Part shown: in pieces, positions 19,936 to 30,821 of the stretch
Numbering within the stretch: the stretch's first letter is position 1
Layout of the letters: every line of letters starts with the position of its first letter
From: an uncultured delta proteobacterium
GTDB taxonomy: Bacteria > Myxococcota_A > UBA9160 > SMWR01
NCBI GenBank assembly: GCA_963832165.1
Contig: CAWHTE010000002.1
Location: 352,001 to 416,000, forward strand
Length of the DNA: 64,000 nt
Direction of reading: 5' to 3'
Position numbers and translations under genes: made by a program
Notes under the pieces: generated by a model
What the model saw: only the letters and a program-made list of their open reading frames with translations
Told to the model about the DNA's origin: nothing
Database searches by the model: none

Positions 19936-21993
19936 CTACTGCCCGCCGCGAGCCACGGCCTCGGCGCCCGGTCCGTCGCGGTGGGTCAATGCGACCAGGT
20001 CGGCGAGCACCTCGACCGCCTCGGTGACCTGGGGATCGTTCTCTTCCTCGGGCTCCGGCTTCGCCTTCGCCTTGGCCTTCGAATCGCCGCCCTTCGCCTT
20101 GTCCTTCGCCTTGTCCTTGTCCTTGTTGCCGTTCGAGCCGTTGGCCTTGGCGTTCGAGTCCTCGCGCTCCTTGATGATGTCGGCGAGACGCACGATGCCT
20201 TCGTGGGCCTTCGCCTCCGCGAGCTTGGTGCGCACCTCTTCGAACTCCGAGCTCTTCGCGATGCGCTCCGACGAAGTTCGCACGAGCTCGGCGAGCGCGG
20301 GCCCCGAGACCTGGCTGTCGACGTCGGCGGGACCGATCGCGTTCGCGAAGCTGCCGTAGAGCGCGGGACGGCTCTCCCCCGAGAGCGCGAACGGCTGATG
20401 CCGCTCGCCGAGGTCGTCGGTGGCGAGCAGCGACGGAATCACCACGTCCGCGGCAACGCCGTCGTTCTGCGTCGAGCGCCCGCCCGGGCGGAAGAAGCGC
20501 GCCGTGGTGATCTTGAGCGCGCCGAGGCCCGGCGGAAGCGGAGTCACGGTCTGCACGGTGCCCTTGCCGAAGGTGTGGTCGTCGCCCGTGATCACGGCGC
20601 GGCGGTAGTCCTTGAGTGCGCCCGCGAGGATCTCCGACGCCGACGCGGACACGCGCGAGACGTGTACGACCATCGGCCCGGTGTAGAGAATCCGCTCGTC
20701 GCGGTCGGACAGCACGCTCATCTGTCGGCGCGCGTTCTCCACTCCCACGACTTCGCCCTTGCGGATGAAGAATCCCGAGATCTTGACCGCGTGCTCGAGC
20801 AGCCCGCCACCGTTGCGCGAGAGGTCGAGCAGGAGCCCATCCGCCTTCGCCTCCTTCACCTGCGTGAGGAGGTTCTCGACGTCGTCGGTGCACTGGCGCT
20901 GACCCGGGTCCGAGTCGCCGTAGAAGGAGGGGAGGTCGATGATCGCGAGCTTGAACGGCTTGCCGTTGCGCTCGCGCGTCTCGAAGCGCAGGCTGGCCGC
21001 CTGCTCAGCGAGATCGATCTTGTCGCGCACGATCGCGAGCGGGAAGCGCTCCGTCTCGTCGCCCTGGCGCAGCACGGTCAGGTGGACCTTGGTGCCTTTC
21101 TTGCCGCGGATCAGGCTGACCGCGTCGCGCAGCGGCATGTCCACGATGTTGACCGCCTCGCCGCCCTCTTCCGCGACCGCGATGATCTTGTCGTTGGGCT
21201 CGAGACCGTTCTCGATCCGGTCGGCGGCGCCGCCCGGGATGATCCGCTCGACCACCGAGTAGCCGTCGCGCTCGGACAGCGCGACGCCGATTCCCTCGAG
21301 CGAGAGCGACATCGAGATGCGGAAGTCCTCGACCGCTTCCGGCGACAGGTAGTTCGAGTGCGGGTCGAGGGCGGTCGCGAACGAATCGAGGAAGATCGAG
21401 AAGATCTCCCACTGCGGGATCTCGCGCAGGCGCTTGGTGCGCAGCTCGTAGCGGTGCGCGAGCAGTCGCTTCGCCTCGGCGAGCTTCTCTCCGGCTCCGA
21501 GATAGTTCGACATCTGGAAGTGGACGAGGCGCCGCCAGAGCTCGTTGCGCTCGTCCTCGTTCTTCGGATAGCCGCGCTCGTCCGGGTCGATCCGGATCTC
21601 GACGCTCTCGTCGAGCTTGAAGTTCTCGTCGGCCATGAGCGCCTTCGCGTGGACTTCCGACGCGGTCTGCAGCGCGATCAGTCGCTCGTGGACGCCCATG
21701 ATCTGGCTGCAGTTCCCGGCCTGGAGGTTCTCGAACACGCCCGCGAGCTTCGCGCGCAGCTCGCCGACCTCGTTCTCGAGCATCAAGCTGCGAGAGGTAT
21801 CGAGGCGGTGGAGATAGCTCTCGATGGCGCGCTGCTCGATGTCGGCGCCGAGCGCGCTCTGGGTCACGTGGTGTTTCAGGAACTCGCGCGCGAGCTGACC
21901 GATGCTCGGGCAGTCGAGCTCGGCGGCCGCGGGCGTCGCGACGACCAGAGCAGCGAGCAGGGCCAGGGAACGGCGAATTTGGCGCAGGATCAT
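19936..21993 (-). CDS. prc: Tail-specific (C-terminal processing) protease, S41A
   Basis: LDPHSNY, LEGIG PDZ domain, DLSRNGGGLL, SASASEILAGAL and TFGKGTVQ. Confidence 0.92.
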   Translation of the reverse strand: MILRQIRRSLALLAALVVATPAAAELDCPSIGQLAREFLKHHVTQSALGADIEQRAIESYLHRLDTSRSLMLENEVGELRAKLAGVFENLQAGNCSQIMGVHERLIALQTASEVHAKALMADENFKLDESVEIRIDPDERGYPKNEDERNELWRRLVHFQMSNYLGAGEKLAEAKRLLAHRYELRTKRLREIPQWEIFSIFLDSFATALDPHSNYLSPEAVEDFRISMSLSLEGIGVALSERDGYSVVERIIPGGAADRIENGLEPNDKIIAVAEEGGEAVNIVDMPLRDAVSLIRGKKGTKVHLTVLRQGDETERFPLAIVRDKIDLAEQAASLRFETRERNGKPFKLAIIDLPSFYGDSDPGQRQCTDDVENLLTQVKEAKADGLLLDLSRNGGGLLEHAVKISGFFIRKGEVVGVENARRQMSVLSDRDERILYTGPMVVHVSRVSASASEILAGALKDYRRAVITGDDHTFGKGTVQTVTPLPPGLGALKITTARFFRPGGRSTQNDGVAADVVIPSLLATDDLGERHQPFALSGESRPALYGSFANAIGPADVDSQVSGPALAELVRTSSERIAKSSEFEEVRTKLAEAKAHEGIVRLADIIKEREDSNAKANGSNGNKDKDKAKDKAKGGDSKAKAKAKPEPEEENDPQVTEAVEVLADLVALTHRDGPGAEAVARGGQ

Positions 21994-22126
21994 GGAGCGG
22001 TTATCGGACGGCGCGGTCCCATACTTTTCTTTTCTAACTCTAGCGGGGAGTCCCGACGCGGGAGTATCGCACGCCCCGCACCCCCCGATCCGCCTCGCGC
22101 CGCACCACCCACGGGGAGCGCCGCGC

Positions 22127-23575
22127 CTAGTACCGGTAGTGGTCGGACTTGTAGGGCCCCTCGACCGGCACGCCGATGTAGGCGGCCTGGTCCGCGGAGA
22201 GCTGGGTGAGCCTCACGCCGAGCTGACCGAGGTGCAGCCGCGCCACCTCCTCGTCGAGCGCCTTCGGCAGCACGTAGACCCGCTTCTCGTACTTGTCGTT
22301 GCGCTGCCAGAGCTCGAGCTGGGCGAGCACCTGGTTGGTGAACGAAGCGCTCATCACGAAGCTCGGGTGGCCGGTCGCGCAGCCCAGGTTGAGCAGGCGC
22401 CCTTCGGCGAGCACGAGCACCGAGTGGCCGTCCGGGAAGACCCACTCGTCGTACTGCGGCTTGATGTTCTCGCACCGGATGCCGGGGGTCTTCTTGAGGC
22501 CCGCGATGTCGATCTCGTTGTCGAAGTGACCGATGTTGCCGACGATCGCCTTGTCCTTCATGCGCGCCATGTGCGCCGCGGTGATGATGTCCTTGTTGCC
22601 GGTCGCGGTGACGAAGATGTCCGCGGTCTCCACCACGTCCTCGAGCGTCGCGACCTGGTAGCCCTCCATCGCGGCCTGGAGTGCACAGATCGGGTCGATC
22701 TCGGTGATGACGACGCGGCAGCCCTGGCCGCGCAGCGCCTGGGCGCAGCCCTTGCCCACCTCGCCGAAGCCGCACACCACGCCGACCTTGCCGCCGAGCA
22801 TCACGTCGGTGGCGCGCATCAGGCCGTCGGGCAGCGAGTGCCGGCAGCCGTAGATGTTGTCGAACTTGCTCTTGGTGACGGAGTCGTTCACGTTGATCGC
22901 GGGGAACGCGAGCGTGCCGTCCTTCTCCATCTGGTAGAGCCGGTGCACACCGGTCGTCGTCTCCTCGGAGACGCCCTTGATGCCGGCAGCCATGCGCGTC
23001 CAGCGCGTCGTGTCGCGCAGCTGCTCGCGGCGCAGTGTGTCGAGGATGATTCCCCACTCCTCGGGCTCCGAGTCGGGCTTGAAGTCGGGCACCTTGCCCG
23101 CGGCCTCGAACTCCGCGCCCTTGTGCACGAGCAGCGTGGCGTCGCCGCCGTCGTCGACGATCAGGTTCGGACCGCTGCCGTCGGGCCACACGAGCGCCTC
23201 GACCGTGCACCACCAGTACTCGTCGAGCGTCTCGCCCTTCCACGCGAACACGGCGATGCCCTGCGGATCTTCGGGGGTGCCGTTGGGACCCACCGCGACC
23301 GCCGCGGCGGCCTGGTCCTGCGTGGAGAAGATGTTGCACGACACCCAGCGCACGTCGGCGCCGAGGTGCGTGAGCGTCTCGATCAACACGGCGGTCTGCA
23401 CGGTCATGTGCAGGCTGCCCATGATGTTCGCGCCCGCGAGCGGCTTGCTGTTCCCGTAGCGCGCGCGCAGCGCCATCAGACCGGGCATCTCCTGCTCGGC
23501 GAGCCGGATCTCCTTGCGGCCGGCGACGGCGAGATCGAGGTCCTTCACCTTGAAGCGCGGGCGGGACTGCGACAT
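22127..23575 (-). CDS. ahcY: Adenosylhomocysteinase
   Basis: [48 protein letters not shown] and C-terminal HYRY. Confidence 0.98.
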   Translation of the reverse strand: MSQSRPRFKVKDLDLAVAGRKEIRLAEQEMPGLMALRARYGNSKPLAGANIMGSLHMTVQTAVLIETLTHLGADVRWVSCNIFSTQDQAAAAVAVGPNGTPEDPQGIAVFAWKGETLDEYWWCTVEALVWPDGSGPNLIVDDGGDATLLVHKGAEFEAAGKVPDFKPDSEPEEWGIILDTLRREQLRDTTRWTRMAAGIKGVSEETTTGVHRLYQMEKDGTLAFPAINVNDSVTKSKFDNIYGCRHSLPDGLMRATDVMLGGKVGVVCGFGEVGKGCAQALRGQGCRVVITEIDPICALQAAMEGYQVATLEDVVETADIFVTATGNKDIITAAHMARMKDKAIVGNIGHFDNEIDIAGLKKTPGIRCENIKPQYDEWVFPDGHSVLVLAEGRLLNLGCATGHPSFVMSASFTNQVLAQLELWQRNDKYEKRVYVLPKALDEEVARLHLGQLGVRLTQLSADQAAYIGVPVEGPYKSDHYRY

Positions 23576-23627
23576 GCGCGGAATCTCCTCAGCGAGGTCG
23601 TCCGCTGCGCGGGTCGCCTCTTCTATT

Positions 23628-23645
23628 CATCCGTTTATGCGGATG
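23628..23645. promoter_or_regulatory. Palindromic operator candidate CATCCG-N6-CGGATG upstream of ahcY (SahR/SamR-like spacing)
   Basis: Perfect 6-bp arms with ATC-N10-GAT spacing, 53 bp before the start codon. Confidence 0.55.
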
Positions 23646-23705
23646 CAGTGTTCCAAAGCTTGAGCCCGATGTCGAGGCCAATCTGTATCTGCCCCTCGGG
23701 GAGGC

Positions 23706-24095
23706 TCAGTGGAGGGCCTGGGGCTGTCGCAGATCGAAGCGCTCGATCTCGGCGTCGAAGTGCGAGCCGTCGTCGCGGACCATCTGATAGGTGCCCTCCA
23801 TCGAACCGAAGGGCGTGTCGAGCGGGCAGCCGGACGTGTACTCGAACGCGTCGCCCGGCTCGAGCACGGGCTGCTCGCCCACCACTCCGGGTCCGCGGAC
23901 TTCTTCGATGCGGCCCGCACCGTTGCGGATGATCCAGTGTCGCGAGACCAGCTGGCAGGTCCGCTCACCCTCGTTGCGCAACCGGATCGTATAGAGAAAG
24001 AACCACTGACTGTGTCCGGGATCGGAGTGCTCGGCCGAATAACGCGCCTCGACCTGCACGCGCAAGCCCTGCGTCACCGACTCGGACCGCGTCAC
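23706..24095 (-). CDS. apaG: ApaG protein
   Basis: QLVSRHWII, VRGPGVVGEQPVL and YTSGCPLDTPFGSMEG. Confidence 0.95.
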   Translation of the reverse strand: MTRSESVTQGLRVQVEARYSAEHSDPGHSQWFFLYTIRLRNEGERTCQLVSRHWIIRNGAGRIEEVRGPGVVGEQPVLEPGDAFEYTSGCPLDTPFGSMEGTYQMVRDDGSHFDAEIERFDLRQPQALH

Positions 24096-25009
24096 GTGGT
24101 CCAACGTGTGTCCTCCACGGCGACGCCCACCCAATCGCAGGAGAGGTTCCACAGCCGCCGCGCTGCGTCGCCGTCGCTCGCCGCGCTGCTCGGCTGATGC
24201 TCGCGGCACTCGGCGAAATAGCGCCCGCTCGTGTTCGCGAGCTCGGGCGACGTGGCGACGTAGAGCGACGTCGCCGCGCCCTGCTCGGGAGTCTTCCCGA
24301 ACAAGCGCATCGGGAGCTGGGCAATCTTCGCAAGCGCGCCCGTGTTCGTGCCGAGGCGCGTCGCCACGCCACCCGGGTGAACCGCGTTGGCCGTGACTCG
24401 CGTTCCCTCGAGGCGGCGCGCGAGCTCGGCCGTGAACAGGATGTTCGCGAGCTTGGACCGCCCGTAGACGCGCAAGCCCGTGACGACCGTCGGAAATCCG
24501 AAGCCGCGCTCGGCCATCGGATCGTCGAAGTCGAAGCCGCCCGTGAATTTGTGGGCATCGGACGCCACGTTCACCACGCGCGCGGGGCCGCTCGCGAGCA
24601 GCCGCTCGCGCAAGAGATGCGTGAGCAGGAACGGCGCGAGGTGGTTTACCGCGAGCGTCATCTCGTAGCCGTCGACAGTAAGGACCCGCTCTCTCATCAC
24701 GAGGCCTGCGTTATTCACGAGCAGGTGCAGCGCGGGGTACCGCTCGCAGAACTCGCGCGCGAGGCCGCGCACTGCCTCGAGCGAGGCGAAGTCCGCGAGC
24801 AGCACGTCGACGCGCGAGTTCCCGGTTCGCTCCGTCACGTCCTTGCGCGCGGCTTCCGCGCGCGCGCGATCGCGCCCGACCAGCACCACCTGGGCACCGC
24901 GCGCAGCGAGGCCGACGGCGGTCTCCTGTCCGATCCCCGAGGTCGCGCCCGTCACGAGCGCGATGCGCCCGTCGAGCGATCGCGCGTTGGAATCCTGCTT
25001 CGTCGTCAT
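24092..25009 (-). CDS. SDR oxidoreductase (retinol dehydrogenase-like)
   Basis: TGATSGIG, NNAG, YGRSK and HPGGVAT. Confidence 0.92.
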   Translation of the reverse strand: MTTKQDSNARSLDGRIALVTGATSGIGQETAVGLAARGAQVVLVGRDRARAEAARKDVTERTGNSRVDVLLADFASLEAVRGLAREFCERYPALHLLVNNAGLVMRERVLTVDGYEMTLAVNHLAPFLLTHLLRERLLASGPARVVNVASDAHKFTGGFDFDDPMAERGFGFPTVVTGLRVYGRSKLANILFTAELARRLEGTRVTANAVHPGGVATRLGTNTGALAKIAQLPMRLFGKTPEQGAATSLYVATSPELANTSGRYFAECREHQPSSAASDGDAARRLWNLSCDWVGVAVEDTRWTT

Positions 25010-25036
25010 CGGAGACCTCCTCGTCGACCGGCGATT

Positions 25037-27098
25037 CTACGCCCCGCGGAGCCCACACGCGAGGATCGCCACGAATTCGCCCGGCGACAGCACTCGCTCG
25101 GCGAAGAGATCGACGAGCGCATCGTGCAGCGCGAGAGTGCGCGCGCGGCGATTCGAGGTGCTCGCACCGAGCGCGTGAAGCCGATCCGCGATCGTGCAGC
25201 CCTGCGCGTCGGCGCGCTCGCGCACGTGTGAATCGCAGCTGTTCCAGACCACCGTCGGCGCGAACCGTGAAATCGGACACGCGTCGCGTGCATCGGTGCG
25301 GCCGTCGCCATCGCGGTCCGGAAAGAGGTCGACGAGCACGGGGTCGTGATCGGACGCGCGGAACGGATCGGGCGCAAACGCATCGGGCGGGTTGTCTTCG
25401 CGATAGTCGAACAGCGGCGGCTCGTCGGAGTTGGCGTGCCACACCGCGGCGCCGCCCGCGAGCCGTGCGAGGTCGGGGCTCGCGAGCGCGTGGTCGAGCC
25501 GGCCCGCCGCGGCGTCGAAGACGTAGCTGTAGGTGTCGGGTCCGCTGAATCGCGCGAGCAGATCGACGAAGCCCGCGGCGGAGAGCGCAGCGATGGGATC
25601 CTCGGCCGGGTAGCTGTTCAGGTCGCCCACGATCAGCGCGGACGCGCTGCCGGCGCGTGTGGGATCCGCAGCGAGCCACGCCGCCAGCGCCGTCGCTGCG
25701 CGCGTGCGCGTGAGATTGCAGTCGCCCTGGCCATCCCCTCGGTCGGGATCGCCGCTGCGCTCGCAGGACGATGCCTTCGACTTCCAGTGGTTCAACGCGA
25801 TGGTGAAGCGCTCGCGCGTACCCGCGTGCACGAAGCTCTGCGCGAGGCTCGGGCGATTGCGTGTGGAATCGAAGTCCGGGTGCGCGCGCTCGTCGAGCAC
25901 CGCGGGCGAGCCGAGCGGCGCGACGCGATCTCCGCGATAGAGGATGCCGACCGAGATCTCCTGATCACCGAGCGCGTTCGCTCCGGGATCGACCCAATCG
26001 ATCGGCGCGCCGATCCGATCCGCGAGCGCCGCCGCGAGCTCGCGCGCCGCGCTTCCGGGTGCGACGCCATCGTTCTCGAGCTCGGCGAGCGCGAACACGT
26101 CGGCGTCGGTGGCCGCGAGCATCGCGACGAGCTTGGCGCGCTGGCGCGCGAGCTCGCGCGCGTTCGCGGCGCCGCGCGTCGGAAACCCGCCGCCGGATCC
26201 GTCGCCGTTGAAGAAGTTCTCGACGTTCCAGGCCGCGACGCGCAGCGCGCCGCGCGGGCGCGCGCGGCTCGGGCCGCGCACCTGCGGACTCGAACCGGAT
26301 CGGCTGGGTAGGGTGGATCCGGAAGCTGCCGAACGCGAAGTCGACGACTCCCTCGATGCGCGCGAGTCGATCGCCGAGCCGCAGCGCGCGGCCCTGCGCA
26401 GTTTGGAGGTAGGGGGTTGGATCGGGCCAGCGCACGTGTCGGCCGTCGTCGAGGAGCAGACGGTGGCGCAGATTGCGCTCGTGCCACGCGCGTGCGGGGT
26501 TACCCGGCAGCGCGCGCTGCGTGGGCGCGAACAGGCGCTCGCCCGCGGCGAGCACGAGCTCGCCGAATCGGCCCAGCTGCTCCGCACCGCTCGCCACGAG
26601 CGGCTGCTCGATGCGCACGCGCATGCCCTCGATGCGCTCCCAGCCCAGAGCATCGACCGGGAGCTGCGCGATCACAGGGCTCGCCGCTCCGCGCGCGGGG
26701 CACCGCTGCACCCAGTCGATGCGGCCGATCTCGGTGAGACCGAAGAACTCGCGCACTTCGCCGCTCACGCGCACGGTTTCACCGGCCTGCACACCGCGCT
26801 GGTCGGGCGCGAATACGAACAGGCCCTCGGAGGAGAGCTCGCTCGCATCCGCGTCGAAGTCTTCTTCCTGCACGAAGAAGCCGCCGAGCCCGTCGGGGTC
26901 GGGGAAGTCGGCCACCGCGACCCCTTCGACGACGACGCCCGCAATCCCCGCGAGCGGACTCGATGCGCCGGTGCCCTGGATCGCGTGGATCGCAGTGGCG
27001 GGAGCGCCGCACTCCGAATCCGCAGCGGCGCACGGCGCGAGCGGCACAACCAGCCAGGCGGCGATCGGAATCGAGACGAGCGAGGCGCGCGTGCCCAA
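25037..27098 (-). pseudogene. ExeM/NucH-family extracellular endonuclease with one frameshift near 26255-26280
   Basis: N-half (IHAIQG, GFFVQE, EGLFV, EFFGLTE, ERIEGMRV) in one frame; EEP half (WNVENFFNG, ELEND, NHWKSK, GDLNSY, LDHAL, RASDHDPV) in another. Confidence 0.8.
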
Positions 27099-27264
27099 GG
27101 TTCCACCTCCGGCGGGTGCACGGCACCCGCAAAGTCGGGACCTCGAGCCAGTGATCGGGGTGAGCCGACGGCGCGAATGCGCCGTCCCTGCCTGACTAGC
27201 ACACGAGAGTCGCTACGGGCCCGCTCGTGTCGCTTTGATCGGGATCCGACGCAAACGGACCTTC

Positions 27265-28200
27265 TCAGGCGAACGCGGGTGCCACCTTCTCCGCGAACAG
27301 CCGCGCGGGCTCGCGCGTGTCGCGGCCGAAGAACTCGATCACGAAGAGGCTCACGCCGAGCGCGCGGTGGCGCTCGATGCGCTCGATCACGCCTTCGGGC
27401 GAGCCCCAGATGCCGTGCTCTTCGAGCGCGGCGCCCATGTGACCGCCGTAGATCTTCTTCGCCTTCTCGAGCGCGCCCTTCGCGGCGGCCTCGTCTTCCG
27501 CGATCACGACGACGCACTGCTGGGAGATCTCGATCGAGTCGGGATCGCGGCCCTGCTGCTCGCAGCGGCGCCGCAGCGCCTCGACCTTCTTCGGTAGCTG
27601 CGCCTGGAACACGGCCATGTTGTTCCAGACGTCGGCGTGGCGCGCGGCGATCCCCATGAGCACCTGCTCGCCGCCGCCGCCGATCAGGATCTCCGGGCGC
27701 GTCGTGGGCTTCGGCTCGCACAGCGCATCCTTCACATGGAAGTGTCGGCCCTCGAACGTGGCCTTCTCCTGGGTCCACATCCGCTTCAGGATCTCGACCA
27801 TCTCGTCGAGCGCGCGCAGGCGCTCGCGCGTGCTCGGAAACGCGCAGCCGGTCTGCTCGAACTCGGGCGGGAACCAGCCCGCGCCGAGTCCTGCGATCAC
27901 GCGCCCGGGTGCGATCTGATCGATCGTTGCGATCTGCTTGGCGAGGATCGCGGGGTTGCGGAAGAAGGGCGGCGTCACGAGCGTGCCGAGCTTCACGCGC
28001 TCCGTGATCGCGGCGACCGCGGAGAGCAGCGTCCACCCCTCGAGGATCGGCAGGTTGGGCAGCGGCACGCCGTACACGTGATCGCACACCCAGACCGAGT
28101 CGAAGCCGAGCGCGTCGACGTCGCGCGCGCACGCGGAGGTCTCCGCCCAGGTGCGTTTGATCTGCGGAAGGGTCACACCGAAGCGGACCGGTCGGGGCAT
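27265..28200 (-). CDS. LLM-class flavin/F420-dependent oxidoreductase
   Basis: GFDSVWVCDH, LGTLV, RNPAILAK and GLGAGW. Confidence 0.9.
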   Translation of the reverse strand: MPRPVRFGVTLPQIKRTWAETSACARDVDALGFDSVWVCDHVYGVPLPNLPILEGWTLLSAVAAITERVKLGTLVTPPFFRNPAILAKQIATIDQIAPGRVIAGLGAGWFPPEFEQTGCAFPSTRERLRALDEMVEILKRMWTQEKATFEGRHFHVKDALCEPKPTTRPEILIGGGGEQVLMGIAARHADVWNNMAVFQAQLPKKVEALRRRCEQQGRDPDSIEISQQCVVVIAEDEAAAKGALEKAKKIYGGHMGAALEEHGIWGSPEGVIERIERHRALGVSLFVIEFFGRDTREPARLFAEKVAPAFA

Positions 28201-28245
28201 GCATCCTCCGGGCGGCGAGAAGTCATTCTACTACTCTCGGCGGCG

Positions 28246-29067
28246 ATGCCGCTCGCGGTCGAGATCGACAGCCTCGACGATCCGCGCGTTGCCGCGTACC
28301 GCAACGTGCGCGACGCCGATCTTCGCGCGCGCGACGGGCTGTTCCTGACCGAGGGGCGGCTCAACGTGAAGCGGCTGATCATGGGGTCGCGCTTTCGCAC
28401 GCGCTCCGTGCTGGTGACGGAGACGGCGCTGCACGCGATCTCGCCCGCGCTCGAGCGGCTCGACACGGGCACACCCGTCTACGTGGCCGCGCATTCACTC
28501 GTCGCCGACGTGGTGGGCTATGCCATGCACCGCGGCTGCCTCGCCGTCGGCGAGCGCGGCGCCGAGCCGGAGCTCGCGCCCTTCCTCGCGAGCGCGCGGC
28601 CGCGCACGCTGCTCGTGCTCGAGGACGTCTCCAATCCCGAGAACGTCGGCGCGGTGTTCCGCAACGCGCTCGCGCTCGGCGCCGACGGTGTGGTTCTGAC
28701 ACGGCGTTGTGTCGACCCGCTCTACCGCCGCACGATCCGGGTGTCGATGGGCGCGTCGCTGCGGCTCGGCTATGCCCGCGCCGAGAACGGCGCGGCGGCG
28801 CTCGCGGAGCTGCGCGCGGCGGGTTTCACGAACGTCGCGCTCACCGCCTCGCGCGACGCCGCGCCGCTCGAGCGCGAACGCGTGGCCCCGCAGCGCCTCG
28901 CGCTCTGGCTCGGCAGCGAGGGCGACGGGCTCTCGCCCGACGTGCTCGCGGGCGTCGAGCGGCACGTGACGATCCCGATGGCGTCTGGCGCCGACTCGCT
29001 CAACGTCGCGACGGCGTCCGGAATCGCGCTGCATCACTACCGCGCGCTCGCGGAGGAGTCGCGTTGA
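28246..29067 (+). CDS. SpoU/TrmH-family RNA methyltransferase
   Basis: NPENVGAVFR, RVSMG, GSEGDGL and IPM..GADSLNVA. Confidence 0.92.
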   Translation: MPLAVEIDSLDDPRVAAYRNVRDADLRARDGLFLTEGRLNVKRLIMGSRFRTRSVLVTETALHAISPALERLDTGTPVYVAAHSLVADVVGYAMHRGCLAVGERGAEPELAPFLASARPRTLLVLEDVSNPENVGAVFRNALALGADGVVLTRRCVDPLYRRTIRVSMGASLRLGYARAENGAAALAELRAAGFTNVALTASRDAAPLERERVAPQRLALWLGSEGDGLSPDVLAGVERHVTIPMASGADSLNVATASGIALHHYRALAEESR

Positions 29068-29783
29068 GCCGCGTGCTGATCGTGAAGACGGGCGGCACGC
29101 TGCCCGAGGTGCGCGCGCAGCGCGGCGATTACGAGGCGTGGATCGCTGAAGGCATGGGGCTCACGCGCGGAGACGTCGACGTGGTGTCGGTTGCGCAGGG
29201 CGAGCCGCTGCCCGCACCCGAGTCGCCCGCGGGCGTCGTGGTGACGGGCTCGTCCGCGATGGTGAGCCACCGAGAGCCCTGGAGCGAGCGCCTTGCCGAG
29301 TGGCTCGCGAGCGCGGTGGAGCGCGCGACGCCCGTGCTCGGCATCTGCTATGGCCACCAGCTGCTCGCCCATGCGCTCGGCGGCGCGGTGGGCCCCAATC
29401 CGCGCGGCCGCGAGATCGGCACTGTGCAGGTGCGCAGCCTCGCGCCCGCGCAGCGCGATCCCCTGTTGAGTGTCTGGGGAGCCGCAGAGCCCGCGCACGC
29501 CACTCATTTCGAGAGCGTGCTCGAGCTGCCCGCGAGCGCGGTCCGGCTCGCCGAGAGCGATCTCGATCCGGTGCAGGCGTTCGCGGCCGGCGCGTGCGCC
29601 TGGGGCGTGCAGTTCCACCCCGAGTTCGACGCCGACACCACGCGCGCCTACGTCGCCGCGCGCCGCGACAAGCTGCGCGGTGAAGGGCTCGACCCCGACG
29701 CGCTGCTCGCGGATGTGCGCGAGTCGCCGGGTGGACCGCGCCTGTTGCGCCGCTTCGCGGAACTGCTTCGCAAGCCCGCTTGA
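29064..29783 (+). CDS. Class I glutamine amidotransferase
   Basis: VTGS, LGICYGHQ and VQFHPE. Confidence 0.9.
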   Translation: MSRVLIVKTGGTLPEVRAQRGDYEAWIAEGMGLTRGDVDVVSVAQGEPLPAPESPAGVVVTGSSAMVSHREPWSERLAEWLASAVERATPVLGICYGHQLLAHALGGAVGPNPRGREIGTVQVRSLAPAQRDPLLSVWGAAEPAHATHFESVLELPASAVRLAESDLDPVQAFAAGACAWGVQFHPEFDADTTRAYVAARRDKLRGEGLDPDALLADVRESPGGPRLLRRFAELLRKPA

Positions 29784-29816
29784 TGGTACGATGCGCGTTC
29801 CCACCAGGAGACCGCC

Positions 29817-30821
29817 ATGGCGACCATCTACCACGACTCCGACGCCGACCTCTCTGCGCTCTCGGGCCAGACCGTCGCGGTGGTCGGCTACGGCAACCAG
29901 GGGCGCTCCCAGGCGCTGAACCTGCGCGATTCGGGCGTCGACGTGGTGGTGGGCAACATCCGCGACTACGCGCTCGAGGCGGCCGAGGCCGACGGCTTCG
30001 CCGTGCAGCCGATCGCCGATGCGTGCGCGGCAGCGGACTGCGTGATGCTGCTGATCCCCGACGAGGTGATGCCCGAGGTCTACGCGCAGCACGTCGCGCC
30101 GCAGCTCTCGAACGGAAACCTGATCTCGTTCGCCTCGGGCTACAACGTGGCGTTCGGGCTGATCGAGGCCGCGCCCGAGCTCGACGTCGTGCTCGTCGCG
30201 CCGCGCATGATCGGCGTCGGCGTGCGCGACGCCTATCTCGGCGGTCGCGGCTTTCCCGCGTTCGTGGGCGTGCACCATGACGCGACGGGCACTGCGCACG
30301 CGCGCATGCTCGCGCTCTCGAAGGGAATCGGTGCCACGCGCGGCGGCTGCATCGCGATGTCGATGCACGACGAGGCCAGCCTCGACCTGTTCACCGAGCA
30401 GGGTTTCGGCCCCGCCTTCGGCCGTGTGATGATGAGCGCGGTCGAGCTGCTCGTCTCGGCGGGCTATCCGCCCGAAGCGGTGCTTGTCGAGCTCTATCTC
30501 TCCGGCGAGTTCGCGTACTCGCTCGAGAAGATCCGCGAGGTGGGCATGACGCGGCAGATGGACTTCCACTCGCGCACGAGCCAGTACGGCAGCATCACGC
30601 GCGGAGCGCGCTACCTCGGGCTCGACGCGGCGCTCAAGGAGAAGATGGGCGCGGTGCTCGAGGAGATCCGCTCGGGCGCGTTCGCCAAGGAGTGGTCGGA
30701 GCGGCAGGAGGAGGCGAACGAGATCTTCGAGAAGATCCGCGCGATTCGCGAGGAACTGCCGTTCACGAAGTGGGAGGACTCCGCGCGCAAAGCCTTCCGG
30801 ATCGGCAACGCCTCCGAGTGA
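29817..30821 (+). CDS. ilvC: Ketol-acid reductoisomerase (class I) or close paralogue
   Basis: GYGNQGRSQALNLRDSG, LIPDE, DLFTEQ, HSRTSQYG and IRSGAFAKEW. Confidence 0.8.
   Translation: MATIYHDSDADLSALSGQTVAVVGYGNQGRSQALNLRDSGVDVVVGNIRDYALEAAEADGFAVQPIADACAAADCVMLLIPDEVMPEVYAQHVAPQLSNGNLISFASGYNVAFGLIEAAPELDVVLVAPRMIGVGVRDAYLGGRGFPAFVGVHHDATGTAHARMLALSKGIGATRGGCIAMSMHDEASLDLFTEQGFGPAFGRVMMSAVELLVSAGYPPEAVLVELYLSGEFAYSLEKIREVGMTRQMDFHSRTSQYGSITRGARYLGLDAALKEKMGAVLEEIRSGAFAKEWSERQEEANEIFEKIRAIREELPFTKWEDSARKAFRIGNASE

Noticed and set aside
20045..20160. Tandem repeat or insertion in the prc 3' end
   Set aside because: In-frame Lys/Asp/Ala low-complexity linker (KDKDKAKDKAK), not a mobile element
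18893..20893. 666-aa ORF as a single gene
   Set aside because: The N-terminal 509 aa are an off-frame read of prc/BolA; only 18893-19366 is a credible gene
23576..23705. SAH riboswitch upstream of ahcY
   Set aside because: CCGAGGGGC resembles the start, but the GCGCTGC, CAGGCTCGG and AACGGCGCT elements are not present; an Rfam scan would be decisive
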